From an uncultured virus (IMG/VR IMGVR_UViG_3300027754_000074) (taxonomy: Duplodnaviria > Heunggongvirae > Uroviricota > Caudoviricetes): a stretch of 64,000 nt of DNA. The stretch lies in the IMG/VR virus record IMGVR_UViG_3300027754_000074; one strand, 5' to 3'. The translations under genes were made by a program, and so were the position numbers. Shown piece by piece: positions 36,735 to 47,230 of the stretch; the first letter of the stretch is position 1; each line of letters starts with the position of its first letter. The notes below the pieces were generated by a model. It made no database searches, had not been told where the DNA came from, and saw only the letters and a program-made list of their open reading frames with translations.

Positions 36735-38305
36735 GGGAATTTCGCAGCGTATCGGCGTCTCAACTCTACAACTATCGGGAGTGTGAGCGCCTATGGTGGT
36801 TTGTGTCCGTGCTCGGTTTGGAGACGCCGCAGCGGGCGAGCGCCGCGCTGGGGACGGAGGTACACGCCCACCTCGAACGCTACCTCGACGCGGGGACGCC
36901 GCCCCCGGACACCGCGAGCGGGAAGATCGCCCGCTCCGGCTTGTCGCTGCTTCCGGAGCCGGGAACCGTTTTTACTGAGGTGAAGATCAAAGACGATGAG
37001 CATAATTGGCCGCGCCCGGAGATCGCGGGGATCCCGGTCAACGGGTTTGTGGACGTGCTCGGCCTGTCCGGAGCCGTGCCGCTTGTCCTCGACCACAAAA
37101 CGACCTCGAACCTAAAGTATGCCAAGCGAGAAGCGGAGTTACTGAAGGATCCGCAGATACTCATTTACGGCAAATTCGCCCTCGACGCCGCTACGCACAC
37201 GGGATCCACCGCTGACCGGGTAGAGGCGGGGCACGTCGTCTACCTGACAAAAGGCGCACCGCTCGCCGTAAAAACGATGGTCACCGTCACCCGGCAGCAC
37301 ATCGCGGCGGAGTGGCCCGCGCTCGAAGCGAACGTGCGCGCCATGAAGGAAACCGCCAAGATTGCCACGCCTGACGCCGTGCCCGGCAACCGCGAGGCGT
37401 GCAACAACTACGGCGGGTGTCACTTCCGCGACCGGTGCCGGGCGCTCGGCATGATCACCGCCCCCGACGCCCCCCGCTTTATCACCGGCGAACGGTTGCC
37501 GCCCGGCGACGTTTCGGATACGCTACCCGTGCCTCTCCCCCCGTCAAACACAAGCAAGGAGCTTATTATGTCTATCGATCCTCTCGCCGCCCTCGCCGCC
37601 ATGAAAGCGCGCCGTGCGGGTACACCTGTTGAAACCGCGCCCGCCCCCGTGGTCGCCCCGGTAGTCGAAGCCGCCCCCGCGCCCGTGGTCGCCCCCTCCG
37701 CCCCTACCATCGTCGCGGCGGATCCCCGTGCATCGATCCTCGCCAAGTACGGGATCAAGCCGCCCGTCACCGTCGCCGGGGAAGCGCCCCCCGTGCTCCC
37801 GCCCGATGCCCCCCCGCAGGGGCTCCCGGCGGCCTTTGGCGGCACGGCGCAGGCGGAGGCTACCCCGGAGGCCGCCCCGGCGGAGAAAGCCGCCCGTAAG
37901 CCCCGTGCGCCGAAGGCGGAGCCCGAAGCCGCGCCGGTAGTCGAGGCGTCCCCCGCCCCCGTCGAAGCCGCCCCCGTCGCGGCGGTAGTCGCGCCCGGTT
38001 TGGTGCTCTACATCGACTGTGAGCCGGTGAAAGGCCGCGAGCGCGGCTACACCCTGCTCGAAGACCTCGTAGCCCCCCTGCTCCCCGTCGCGCTCGAAAT
38101 GCACAACAAGGGCGCGAAGGACGGCGATAGGAGCGAGTTTTACTCCCTCATCCCCTACGCTCGCGGCCCCGGCTACGTCGCGGCGCTCATGCTCCGGAGC
38201 CCGCCTACCGGCGTGCTGGTCTGCAACACGCGGATGCCCGCCACCGGCGCGGTACTCGAAGTGCTGATCCCGATGGCAGACGCCGTGGTACGGGCGCTGC
38301 GTTGA
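36731..38305 (+). CDS. PD-(D/E)xK Cas4/RecB-like nuclease with Ala/Pro linker and extra C-terminal domain
   Basis: SASQ..C, GTEVHAHLE, GFVD, LDHKT, C..YGGCHFRDRC. Confidence 0.85.
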   Translation: MREFRSVSASQLYNYRECERLWWFVSVLGLETPQRASAALGTEVHAHLERYLDAGTPPPDTASGKIARSGLSLLPEPGTVFTEVKIKDDEHNWPRPEIAGIPVNGFVDVLGLSGAVPLVLDHKTTSNLKYAKREAELLKDPQILIYGKFALDAATHTGSTADRVEAGHVVYLTKGAPLAVKTMVTVTRQHIAAEWPALEANVRAMKETAKIATPDAVPGNREACNNYGGCHFRDRCRALGMITAPDAPRFITGERLPPGDVSDTLPVPLPPSNTSKELIMSIDPLAALAAMKARRAGTPVETAPAPVVAPVVEAAPAPVVAPSAPTIVAADPRASILAKYGIKPPVTVAGEAPPVLPPDAPPQGLPAAFGGTAQAEATPEAAPAEKAARKPRAPKAEPEAAPVVEASPAPVEAAPVAAVVAPGLVLYIDCEPVKGRERGYTLLEDLVAPLLPVALEMHNKGAKDGDRSEFYSLIPYARGPGYVAALMLRSPPTGVLVCNTRMPATGAVLEVLIPMADAVVRALR

Positions 38306-40104
38306 ACGCCCTTGCGGCCCTCCAGAGGCTACGCGCAGCGCGAACCGCCGCCGTGGTCGGAGTGATACCCGCAGAGAGAACGGTGAATGTTTCTACCGGT
38401 AATAATAAACCGGAAGCTCTCGACGCCGGGCGGGCGCTCGTTGCCCGCGCCGCCGTCTCCAAAGCCGTGCAAACCGAAGCGCGGCGTATTCTGGCGCTCC
38501 CGGTATGGTCGCCCGCTGAGGCTTTCGAGCTAGCGAAGCCGGGCGGCCCGCTCGACCTGACCGACACCTACCGCGCACCCGGCGGGACGCTCACCCTGAA
38601 GCCGATCCAAAACCTCGCCCTCCGCTGGATCGCGGAGCGGCGGGGGCTCATCGGGCCTATCGCCGTGGGCGGCGGGAAGACGTTGATCACCCTGCTTGCG
38701 GCAAGCGCCATGAAGGCGCAACGCCCCGTCCTGCTCATCCCGCCGACGTTGCAAATTCCGCTGCGGCAAGAAATGGAAAAGCTGGGAAAACACTTTATCC
38801 TCCCTAAGAATCTCCATATCATACCCTACTCCCGCCTGAGCGTGGCATCGAGTACCGCCATGTTGGAAGAGCTATGCCCCGACTTGATCATAGCGGATGA
38901 GGCGCACAATCTCCGGAACCCGGACGCGGCGCGCACGAAGCGCGTACTACGGTATTTCAAGGATTTTCCTAGCACGCGATTCGTCGCCCTGTCCGGTACG
39001 CTGACCTCGAAGAGCCTCCGCGACTACGCGCACCTATGCGAGCTTGCGCTACGGGAAGGATCGCCGCTCCCGAAAGAACAGGCCGATTTGCTCGCGTGGG
39101 CGAATTGCATCGACGCGAACGGGGAGCCGCAGGATAAAGATTGGAGCTTGTTTGCGGCGTTCTCGGATGTGCGCCGCGTTCCGATAACCGACCGGCAGGA
39201 GGTAGCCCGCGAAGTGTTCCGGCAGCGATTCGTGGTTACGCCCGGCGTGGTGGCGACCACAGAGGCGTCGGTACAATGCTCGCTATTGTTCCATGAGCGC
39301 CGCCCTGCGGTGCCTACGGCGGTCGCGGACGCGCTCGCTGACCTTGCCCGGACGTGGTGCCGCCCGGACGGCGAAGAGATGGATTCGGCGCTCGCCCTGT
39401 GGCGGCTGGGGATGCAGATTAGCCAAGGGTTTTACCTGCGCTGGGTATGGCCCGGCGGCGTGGTAGACCACGAATGGATGAACGCCCGCGCCGCGTGGCA
39501 TCGAGAGGTAAGGTACACCCTGCAACGCAGCGTCACGGGGATGGATTCGCCCTTTTTGGTGTACCGCGCCGTGGTTACCGGCGTGCTCACCGATCCTTCG
39601 ATCCAACGGGCGTGGGCGGCGTGGGACAAGGTGCGCCACCGACCGAAGCCGCCGACTGAGACGGTGTGGATTGACGACTACTTGATCCGGGACGCGCTCG
39701 CGTGGCACGCGGATCACCCGCAGGGCATTATCTGGCACGCGGATCGCGCTACGGAAACGGCGCTCCGAGCGGCGGGGATCCCCACCTACGGGCGCGGGGA
39801 AGTCCCCCCGCTCGACGGTAGCAAGGGCGGGATCGCCTGCTCAATCCGCGTTCACGGTACGGGGCTGAATATGCAGGCGCACGCCGAAAATCTGATCCTG
39901 TCGTGGCCGTCCAGCGGGAAAACCTGCGAGCAATTGATCGGGCGCACGCACCGGCAGGGGCAGGAAGCCGACGAAGTAGCGGTTTGGTACTACGCGCATA
40001 CCGGCGCGGCGCGGGATGCGCTCGCCACGTCCCGCGCCGATGCCCGGTACATCGAGGACACGCACGGCTCCCCGCAAAAACTTTGCTACGGTGTTTTCGT
40101 CTAA
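38302..40104 (+). CDS. SF2 helicase
   Basis: VGGGKT, IIADEAH, LSGT, QLIGRTHRQGQ. Confidence 0.85.
   Translation: MNALAALQRLRAARTAAVVGVIPAERTVNVSTGNNKPEALDAGRALVARAAVSKAVQTEARRILALPVWSPAEAFELAKPGGPLDLTDTYRAPGGTLTLKPIQNLALRWIAERRGLIGPIAVGGGKTLITLLAASAMKAQRPVLLIPPTLQIPLRQEMEKLGKHFILPKNLHIIPYSRLSVASSTAMLEELCPDLIIADEAHNLRNPDAARTKRVLRYFKDFPSTRFVALSGTLTSKSLRDYAHLCELALREGSPLPKEQADLLAWANCIDANGEPQDKDWSLFAAFSDVRRVPITDRQEVAREVFRQRFVVTPGVVATTEASVQCSLLFHERRPAVPTAVADALADLARTWCRPDGEEMDSALALWRLGMQISQGFYLRWVWPGGVVDHEWMNARAAWHREVRYTLQRSVTGMDSPFLVYRAVVTGVLTDPSIQRAWAAWDKVRHRPKPPTETVWIDDYLIRDALAWHADHPQGIIWHADRATETALRAAGIPTYGRGEVPPLDGSKGGIACSIRVHGTGLNMQAHAENLILSWPSSGKTCEQLIGRTHRQGQEADEVAVWYYAHTGAARDALATSRADARYIEDTHGSPQKLCYGVFV
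38377..38418. repeat. 42-bp palindrome family, copy 6 (intragenic; core and right arm)
   Basis: TTTCT-ACCGGT-AATAATAAACCGGAAGCT. Confidence 0.75.
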
Positions 40105-40206
40105 AATGCCCGGCGGGTGTGGACACCTGACATACCCCCGGATACGCTCTCCCTGTCGCCGGGATCCCCCGGTGACCTTGTACCAACAAACGATAAGAGG
40201 TGTTTT

Positions 40207-40650
40207 ATGGGTGTTTTCACCGGTATTGAAGAAGCAAAGAGCACGGAAGGCGGTAACTACTTGCGTCAAGGGATGTACGATGTCGAGGTAGTACGTTTGT
40301 CCGTAGGGAAGACGCGCAAGGGGATCCCGTTTTTCGCGGCGGATCTGCGGATCCTCGGGACGAACAATCCCGATCACCGGATTGGCGAGGTCGCAAACTG
40401 GTTTGTCGGCTTCGATAAGGACGCCGCGCTCGGCAACGTCAAGGCGTTCGCCGTGGCGATGCTCTCCAGCGAGGGGGCGGTTGACCCCGCCTCGATCACC
40501 GAAGCCGTGATGGAATCGCTGGTGGACAAGGGCGGCGAAGCGGTCGCCGGTAGTCGCGTCAAGGTGCAAGTCACGCTGGTAGAGACGAAAAGCGGCGGCA
40601 CCTTCAGCAAGCACCTGTGGTTCCCCGCAGGGGCGCAAATCTCCGCGTAG
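40207..40650 (+). CDS. Putative single-stranded DNA-binding protein
   Basis: GAGG RBS; beta-rich; lies between helicase and polymerase. Confidence 0.6.
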   Translation: MGVFTGIEEAKSTEGGNYLRQGMYDVEVVRLSVGKTRKGIPFFAADLRILGTNNPDHRIGEVANWFVGFDKDAALGNVKAFAVAMLSSEGAVDPASITEAVMESLVDKGGEAVAGSRVKVQVTLVETKSGGTFSKHLWFPAGAQISA

Positions 40651-40734
40651 GCGGTAGCGACAAGGGAGCGGGGTAGAGAGTAGGCAGACGCCGGCTTTCT
40701 ACCCCGCGATCTTCCTTTTTTGTAGGAAGGTGCC

Positions 40735-42876
40735 ATGCGCCGTATCAGTCTCGATTCCGAAACCTACCTCATCGCGCCCGGCTTGCCGGCTCCCCGTATG
40801 GTGTGCTTGACCACCTGCGACGAGGACGGCGATACCTCCCTGCTGCTCCGCGCCGACGCGCTCCCCGTCCTGCACGCGCTCTTCGACACTCCGGACATCG
40901 AATTCGTGGCGCACCATGCCCGGTTCGATATGGCGGTATTTGCGGCTGCGGACGCCTCCCTACTCCCCAAGATCATGCGCCTGTACGACGAGGGGCGGGT
41001 GCGTTGCACCATGCTCCGCGAAAAGCTGCTCGCGCTCGCTCGCGGGGAGCTTGCCGACGAAGGCGATACGGGCGCGAAGCGGAATATCAAATTCTCGCTC
41101 GCCGCCTGTGTGGAGCGCCGGTTCGGCGTTGACCTCTCCGCCGCGAAGAGCGGCCCGGACGTGTGGCGCTTGCGGTACTCGGAGCTTGACGGGGTGCCTA
41201 CCGCCGCGTGGCCGGCGAGCGCCCGCGAGTACGCGGTAGACGACGCCCGATGGAACCTTGCCGTATTCGACGGGCAGACAGCGGAGCTACACCGGGAGGG
41301 GGGAAGCGGGAACGTGATCCCCGATGAGCGGGCGCAGGCCCGCGCCGCCTTTTGGTTGTACCTTATGTCGATGCGGGGGGTACGCACCGACCCCGTAGCC
41401 GTAAACGCGCTGGCGACCCGTACCCGTGCCGCCTATGAGCGAATGAACGCCGTTATCCGCGCCGCCGACATCCTCCGCCCGAAAATGGAAAAGGGCGAAA
41501 TGGTATGGTCAAAGAACATGGGCGCGCTCCGCGACCGGGTGACGCTCGCTTACGGCGGGAGCCCCCCGCTGACAGAAAAAGGGGCCGTCGCCACCGACCG
41601 GAAAACGATGGTCAAGTGCGCCGACCCCCGCGTGCTGGCGTGGGTAGAGCAGACTGAGCAGGAGATCGTAGACGCCCGCAAGGGGGCGGGGCTTCCGGAG
41701 TTTACCGCCGCAGAAATGGCGCAGGTAGCCCGCGACGTAGCCGCCGCCGCCGGGGAGCAATTCAACCTCGATCCGGAGCGCGTCTACAACTGGATGGCGC
41801 TGCACGCCGTAGGGGAGCGGAGCGGCGTGGAAAAGATACTCACTACCTACGTCCCTACGCTGTTCGAGGGCACGCAAGGCCCAATTTGCACGTCCTACAA
41901 CGAGCTTGTCGCTTCGGGGCGCGGGAGCGCCTACAATCCAAACCTCCAGAATCCGCCCCGGAAGGGTGGTATCCGCGAGTGTTTCGTACCGCGCCCCGGC
42001 TACCTGTACGCCCTGTGCGACTACAGTTTTGTGGAGCTTGTCACGCTCGCTCAGACCTGTTTGGATATGTTCGGTTGGTCGAAGCTGGCGGATGCGATCA
42101 ACGCGGGCCTCGATCCGCACCTCGATATGGCCGCGAGCGACCTTGGAATCCCCTATGCGGAGGCGCTGCGCCGCAAGGCCGATCCGGACGTGACCGAGTA
42201 CCGGCAGCGCGCCAAGGCCCGCAATTTCGGTTTCCCCGGCGGGCTGGGCGCGGGTACTTACGTTGCCTACGCCGAGGGCTACGGCGTCTTCCTGACCGAG
42301 CACGAAGCGAAGCAGGAAAAGGAAAAGTGGTTCGCCAAGTGGCCGGAAATGCGCCTTTACTATGATCATTTTGGACGGTTGACGCTGGGCGATCAGAAGT
42401 TTACCGCTATCCAGTTACCTACCGGGCGCGTGCGCGGCGGCGTCGGCTTTTGCGACGGGTGCAATACGTTTTTTCAGGGACGGGCAGCGGACGGGATCAA
42501 GCGGGCCGGATGGTACGTCACGAAAGAGTGCTACCTACGCGACCCGTACCCGGCGGATACCGAGTACGAAGCCTCCGGCCCGGTGCTCCGGGCGCTCGCC
42601 CGCCTGTGCGCGGGGATCCCCGGCGGGAGCCCGCTGTACGGCTCGCGCCCCGTCCTGTTCCTACACGATGAATTGATCCTCGAAGTGCCAGAGCAGACCG
42701 CCGCAGAGGCGGCCAAGCGCCTATCGGACGTGATGATCGAGGGGATGCGCGAGGTAGTGCCTGACGTGCGCGTGGGGACGGAATACGCGCTCGTTCGGCG
42801 CTGGTATAAGGGCGCTGGCCCCGCCTACGACGCTACCGGGCGGCTCATCCCGTGGGAGCCCCGGAAACGTGCATGA
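40735..42876 (+). CDS. polA: Family A DNA polymerase with 3'-5' exonuclease
   Basis: LDSET, HHARFD, YAVDDA; DYSFVEL, RQRAKARNFG, LHDEL. Confidence 0.95.
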   Translation: MRRISLDSETYLIAPGLPAPRMVCLTTCDEDGDTSLLLRADALPVLHALFDTPDIEFVAHHARFDMAVFAAADASLLPKIMRLYDEGRVRCTMLREKLLALARGELADEGDTGAKRNIKFSLAACVERRFGVDLSAAKSGPDVWRLRYSELDGVPTAAWPASAREYAVDDARWNLAVFDGQTAELHREGGSGNVIPDERAQARAAFWLYLMSMRGVRTDPVAVNALATRTRAAYERMNAVIRAADILRPKMEKGEMVWSKNMGALRDRVTLAYGGSPPLTEKGAVATDRKTMVKCADPRVLAWVEQTEQEIVDARKGAGLPEFTAAEMAQVARDVAAAAGEQFNLDPERVYNWMALHAVGERSGVEKILTTYVPTLFEGTQGPICTSYNELVASGRGSAYNPNLQNPPRKGGIRECFVPRPGYLYALCDYSFVELVTLAQTCLDMFGWSKLADAINAGLDPHLDMAASDLGIPYAEALRRKADPDVTEYRQRAKARNFGFPGGLGAGTYVAYAEGYGVFLTEHEAKQEKEKWFAKWPEMRLYYDHFGRLTLGDQKFTAIQLPTGRVRGGVGFCDGCNTFFQGRAADGIKRAGWYVTKECYLRDPYPADTEYEASGPVLRALARLCAGIPGGSPLYGSRPVLFLHDELILEVPEQTAAEAAKRLSDVMIEGMREVVPDVRVGTEYALVRRWYKGAGPAYDATGRLIPWEPRKRA

Positions 42877-42901
42877 GCGCGTGCCTATGCGCGGGTATGC
42901 C

Positions 42902-42931
42902 TTGACATACGCCCTGTCAGGTGACTAAGGT
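42902..42931 (+). promoter_or_regulatory. Putative promoter, probably leaderless
   Basis: TTGACA-18-TAAGGT; GTG 42938 begins 7 nt after. Confidence 0.55.
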
Positions 42932-42937
42932 GTACCC

Positions 42938-43156
42938 GTGAACGATCCGATCCATCCGCGCCGAGTACGCCCGCCGCAACATCCGCCGCACCCTACCGTC
43001 GCGCAATTGCGCGCCTGTGGGTTTACGCCCCGCGCTATCGCGGAGGGCATCGGCGCTTCGATCCGCGAAGTGTCCCGCTGGGCGGCAGGCGATACGCGCC
43101 CGATTCCGGTATATGAGCGCGAGTTAGGGCGTCTACTGGCCTCCGCGTCGGTTTGA
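42938..43156 (+). CDS. Small HTH protein
   Basis: TPRAIAEGIGASIREVSRW. Confidence 0.7.
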   Translation: MNDPIHPRRVRPPQHPPHPTVAQLRACGFTPRAIAEGIGASIREVSRWAAGDTRPIPVYERELGRLLASASV

Positions 43157-43167
43157 TCCGCTACCGT

Positions 43168-43209
43168 AGCTTCCCGGTTATTTTCGCCGGTAGAATAATC
43201 CGCGCTTCG
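43168..43209. repeat. 42-bp palindrome family, copy 7
   Basis: AGCTTCCCGGTTATTTTC-GCCGGT-AGAATAATC. Confidence 0.85.
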
Positions 43210-43263
43210 TTGCCGGGAGGGTACGCAGGGGGTAAGGGTAGGTAGCCTCCCCCGGAGCTTCCT

Positions 43264-43503
43264 GTGACCGATTTAGCCCCCTCTCTCGCTTCCCTGTTAG
43301 TGACCTACCGGCAACGCGCCGGGCTGGGTATGGCGGGGGCGGCCCGCACGCTTTCGCTCGCCCGTCAGACGCTATGGCGCTGGGAGAACGGGCGGCGGTC
43401 GCCCGACCACGACGAGCTACGCCTCCTGCTCGACCTGTACGACGCGACCGCCGATGAGCGGGAAGCGGCGGAGCGTGCGCGCCGCGCCGGGCTGGCAGTA
43501 TGA
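43264..43503 (+). CDS. XRE-family HTH protein
   Basis: YRQRAGL..LARQTLWRWENGRRSP. Confidence 0.85.
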   Translation: MTDLAPSLASLLVTYRQRAGLGMAGAARTLSLARQTLWRWENGRRSPDHDELRLLLDLYDATADEREAAERARRAGLAV

Positions 43504-45287
43504 GCCCCGCCGATACCGTGGGCGCGGGTAGGTCGGCTCGGCTTTACTTCGGGGATTGTCTCGAATCCATGCGCGCTATGCCTGCGGAGAGCATCGACGC
43601 GGTAGTGTGCGATCCGCCCTATGAGCTTGGATTCATGGGGAAAAGCTGGGATGCGAGCGGGATAGCGTTCGATCCGGCGACGTGGCGCGAAGCCCTACGG
43701 GTGCTGAAACCCGGCGGCTACCTGCTCGCGTTCGGCGGCACGCGGACGTACCACCGGATCGGCGTCGCTATCGAAGACGCCGGTTTCGAGATTCGGGATT
43801 CGCTGATTTGGAACTACGGAAGCGGGTTTCCGAAGTCGCTGAACGTCTCTATCGCCATCGACAAACAGGCGGGGGCTATGGGGCACCGGGGCAAGGCGAT
43901 CATAATCGCGGGTGACGGGGGGCAACAGGCTAATTTGGTCAACCCGCAGGGTGCGCCCGCGCACGATCCGATCACCGACGCCGCGAAGGCGTGGCAGGGC
44001 TGGGGGACGGCGCTAAAACCGGCTTTCGAGCCCGTAGTGGTGGCGCGCAAGCCGCTAACGAAGGGGCTAACGGTCGCGGCAAATGTGCTGAAGCACGGCA
44101 CCGGGGCCATGAATATCGACGGGTGCAGGGTGCCGGGCGTTTTGGATGGCGATCCAAATCGGTTTGCCAAGACTAATGGAGGATCGTTTGTTGCGTTTAC
44201 CGATGCTCCTGTTGTTCGCTCTGAAGGCCGCTGGCCCGCCAACGTCATTTTCACGCACGCGCCGGGGTGCGTGCGCGCCGGAAGCCAAAAGGTCAAATGT
44301 TCCAACGCGACGTATTCCAGCGAAGGTCAGGGGAAAGGTGGCGCACACGGGATCTATTCGGCGCTGGGCGCACGCCCGGCGGGTGTAGAGCTTGGCTACG
44401 CCGACGCCGATGGGACGGAAACCGTCGCCGCCTACGAATGTGCGCCGGGGTGCCCGGTCGCCGCGCTCGACGCGCAGAGCGGGGTAGCTGCGCCGAAGGC
44501 GGAACGCACGGGGAAGCGCGGCGGATCGAACGCCGCGCACATGAGCCGGGAAGCCGGCAACAACGCGCACCAAGAGACGGACGGAGTTTGGCCCGCTGAC
44601 CCCGGCGGGGGCGCGTCCCGCTTTTTCACTACGACCGAGTACGGCGACGGGGATTACGAATGTGCGCCGGGGTGCCCCGTGGCCGCGCTGGACGCGCAGA
44701 GCGGAGTGAGCAAAAGTACCTCGCAACTACGACACAACAAGGCAAAATCCGATGTGTTTTACGGTCAATGTGACTCAATAGATCGAGTCACCGGGGGGCA
44801 CGACGACACCGGGGGCGCGTCCCGCTTTTTCACTACGACCGAGTACGGCGACGACGACGACCTACCCGGCGCGGAGCCGGGCGATCCGCCGTTTTACTAC
44901 GCCTCGAAGGCTTCGCGCTCCGAGCGGGAGGCCGGCTGCGGAGACTTACCCGCGAGAAGCGGGGCGGAAGCGGTAGACCGCGACGAAGGGAGCGCGGGCG
45001 CACAGTCGCCCCGTGCGGGCGCGGGAAGGACGGCGAGCGAGGTACGCAACCACCATCCTACGGTCAAGCCTTTGGCCGTTATGCGCTGGCTTTGCCGCCT
45101 CGTTACCCCGCCGGGCGGGATCGTCCTCGACCCCTTCATGGGATCGGGGACTACGGGGGTAGCGGCGCTGCTCGAAGACTTCAATTTTGTGGGGTGCGAG
45201 CGAGAAGCGGACTACCTGCTCATCGCGGAGGCGCGGATCGCCCACCACGCGCCCGGTGCGCGCCTGCTGGGGCCGGGCGACGAGTAA
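43500..45287 (+). CDS. N6A/N4C DNA methyltransferase (beta-class motif order) with internal duplication
   Basis: GDCLE, DPPY, HPTVKP, LDPFMGSGTT. Confidence 0.93.
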   Translation: MSPADTVGAGRSARLYFGDCLESMRAMPAESIDAVVCDPPYELGFMGKSWDASGIAFDPATWREALRVLKPGGYLLAFGGTRTYHRIGVAIEDAGFEIRDSLIWNYGSGFPKSLNVSIAIDKQAGAMGHRGKAIIIAGDGGQQANLVNPQGAPAHDPITDAAKAWQGWGTALKPAFEPVVVARKPLTKGLTVAANVLKHGTGAMNIDGCRVPGVLDGDPNRFAKTNGGSFVAFTDAPVVRSEGRWPANVIFTHAPGCVRAGSQKVKCSNATYSSEGQGKGGAHGIYSALGARPAGVELGYADADGTETVAAYECAPGCPVAALDAQSGVAAPKAERTGKRGGSNAAHMSREAGNNAHQETDGVWPADPGGGASRFFTTTEYGDGDYECAPGCPVAALDAQSGVSKSTSQLRHNKAKSDVFYGQCDSIDRVTGGHDDTGGASRFFTTTEYGDDDDLPGAEPGDPPFYYASKASRSEREAGCGDLPARSGAEAVDRDEGSAGAQSPRAGAGRTASEVRNHHPTVKPLAVMRWLCRLVTPPGGIVLDPFMGSGTTGVAALLEDFNFVGCEREADYLLIAEARIAHHAPGARLLGPGDE

Positions 45288-45336
45288 CGCGAGCGGGGGG
45301 TAGCGCCCGCCGCCGGGATGCGCTATCCTCCGGCCT

Positions 45337-45687
45337 ATGGCCGCCTCCACAAACACCGTTGATTTTCAGCTTGTTACCGTGCCTGCACCGGGCACGTCTA
45401 TCGCGCTGAATCCGCAACCCTACGACAACACGCATACGATCATTTTTTACAACGCGGGCGCGAACGCTTGCCGCGTGGCTATCGCCGCTCCGGGCGGCGC
45501 TATCGCCGCAGGCGGGGGCGCTGACCTCCCCGTGGGCGCGGCGCTGGTATGGGCTATCGGCGCTCTCCAGTTTCGGCCCGGCCCCCCGTTCACCGGTTCT
45601 AACCGCGTGGTAGTGGATTCCGTAGGCGGCGCGGGCAGCGTCACGATTCAGCTAATCAACGCCAATCCGCCCGTAGGGCCGACGTGA
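45337..45687 (+). CDS. Small beta-rich putative virion protein
   Basis: Gly/Ala/Thr/Asn-rich, low charge; heads the fibre-like cluster. Confidence 0.6.
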   Translation: MAASTNTVDFQLVTVPAPGTSIALNPQPYDNTHTIIFYNAGANACRVAIAAPGGAIAAGGGADLPVGAALVWAIGALQFRPGPPFTGSNRVVVDSVGGAGSVTIQLINANPPVGPT

Positions 45688-46250
45688 GTAGCCGCTACGA
45701 CTTTTTAGCCGGCGGCGGCGGCGGCGGCGGAGCCCCCGTCAACGCTACCTATCTGGTACTGAGCGCGGACGGCACGCTTACGGCGGAGCGCGTTTTTACG
45801 CCCGGTACGACGCTGGCCGCCGTCGATGGCGGAGCGGGCGGCGCGTACACGCTGAATCTGGCATTGGCGGGCACGGCGGGCACCTACGCATACCCGGCGA
45901 GCTTGACCACGGACGCCTACGGGCGCGTTACCGCGCTGACTGCGGGTAGTGCGCCGATCACCGCGCATACGGGGCTATCGGCGCTGGGCTGGACGGGCAG
46001 CGGGCATACGGGCGGGGTTACCTCGGTCGCCGCGTTCGATGGTGGCGGGGCCGCGCAAAACGTCGCCGCGACGGCGGACGGGCAGGTTTTGACCCGCGTA
46101 GGTGGCCTGCTGGTGTTCGCCGCTATCGCCGCGAGCGCGGGCGTGATCCTCGACTCCACCAAAACGCTGGAGATCATTTACCTCGCCCCCCTTGAATTGC
46201 CGCTACCCCCCGGCCTGAATTCGGCGGTTGGCCCCGGAGTATTCGCATAA
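45684..46250 (+). CDS. Fibre/spike-like virion protein
   Basis: Poly-Gly; AGTY..LTTDAYGRVTA fibre-like motif. Confidence 0.65.
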   Translation: MSSRYDFLAGGGGGGGAPVNATYLVLSADGTLTAERVFTPGTTLAAVDGGAGGAYTLNLALAGTAGTYAYPASLTTDAYGRVTALTAGSAPITAHTGLSALGWTGSGHTGGVTSVAAFDGGGAAQNVAATADGQVLTRVGGLLVFAAIAASAGVILDSTKTLEIIYLAPLELPLPPGLNSAVGPGVFA

Positions 46251-47230
46251 TGGCAAACCCCCCGCTCAATTGGCGCTATGTCGGCGTTCAGACTTTCGTT
46301 TCGACAATCAGTAACGCCCTCGATGGTGTCTACGCGCTCGGCACCGCTGTAACTTACGCGGACGGTAGCCCCCGCGTTCCCGGCGCGGGATCCGCGTGGA
46401 CGTGGAACCGCGAGGTATCCGGCGTCACGGTTGCGACCTACGGGGCTCCGCCGGTCAATGCGTTAGGTTTCAACTACATTATCGGCGGCACGCTCGGCGC
46501 AAGCGCCTATACGTTCCTGACCCCCGATACGGGTACTGCGGCGAATGTTATCGTTTACGGCATGAACCGTTCAAGCGGCGCGTATACGACGTGGACAAGC
46601 GCCACGCCGTTTACCAACGTGAACGGGTTTAGCGGTTTCTGGCGGGGAACCCGTACTTTTGTCGCTACCGCCTATGATAGCGTCTCGATGTGGGAGAGTC
46701 AGGAAGGTTGCATTTTGCAATTCGGGAACGCGGCTTCTGGCTTCACGTCGGTTATCGCGCTCGGCGCTCTACTCGACCCGCTCTCGACGGCGGCGCTGAA
46801 CGCAGAGACGGACGGGCGGCTATACTCGATGTTTGGGAGCGGCGGGAGCGCGGTGCTGAATTCGCTGTGGGCGAGCGTTTCCCCCCCTGCGGACGGGAGC
46901 CTACTCTCAGGTAGCACCACGGCGGGAAGCGCACATATGGGGACTTTTGCGCCGGGTACGAACGTCATGCTCGGCGGCGCGGGCATCCAGACGTACCGGT
47001 TTGGCTCTTTTGTTCCTGCTACCACGTTTTTGGCGACCAACGGGGACATCCCCCGCGTTCCGCTGTCCGCATGGAACGCTAATTCTACTTTTGTCGGTCA
47101 GAGCCGACAATGGTATATCACAAAAGATAGCCTTACTCGCCTAACATGGACGAATGGGGCGACCGTGATCGGCTACATCGTGGCCGCAAACACGTTGTCT
47201 ACCTCCGATGCCCTTGTGCTGACCTACTAA
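46250..47230 (+). CDS. Putative spike/receptor-binding protein, paralog A
   Basis: G/T/S/A-rich beta protein; paralog of next ORF. Confidence 0.7.
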   Translation: MANPPLNWRYVGVQTFVSTISNALDGVYALGTAVTYADGSPRVPGAGSAWTWNREVSGVTVATYGAPPVNALGFNYIIGGTLGASAYTFLTPDTGTAANVIVYGMNRSSGAYTTWTSATPFTNVNGFSGFWRGTRTFVATAYDSVSMWESQEGCILQFGNAASGFTSVIALGALLDPLSTAALNAETDGRLYSMFGSGGSAVLNSLWASVSPPADGSLLSGSTTAGSAHMGTFAPGTNVMLGGAGIQTYRFGSFVPATTFLATNGDIPRVPLSAWNANSTFVGQSRQWYITKDSLTRLTWTNGATVIGYIVAANTLSTSDALVLTY

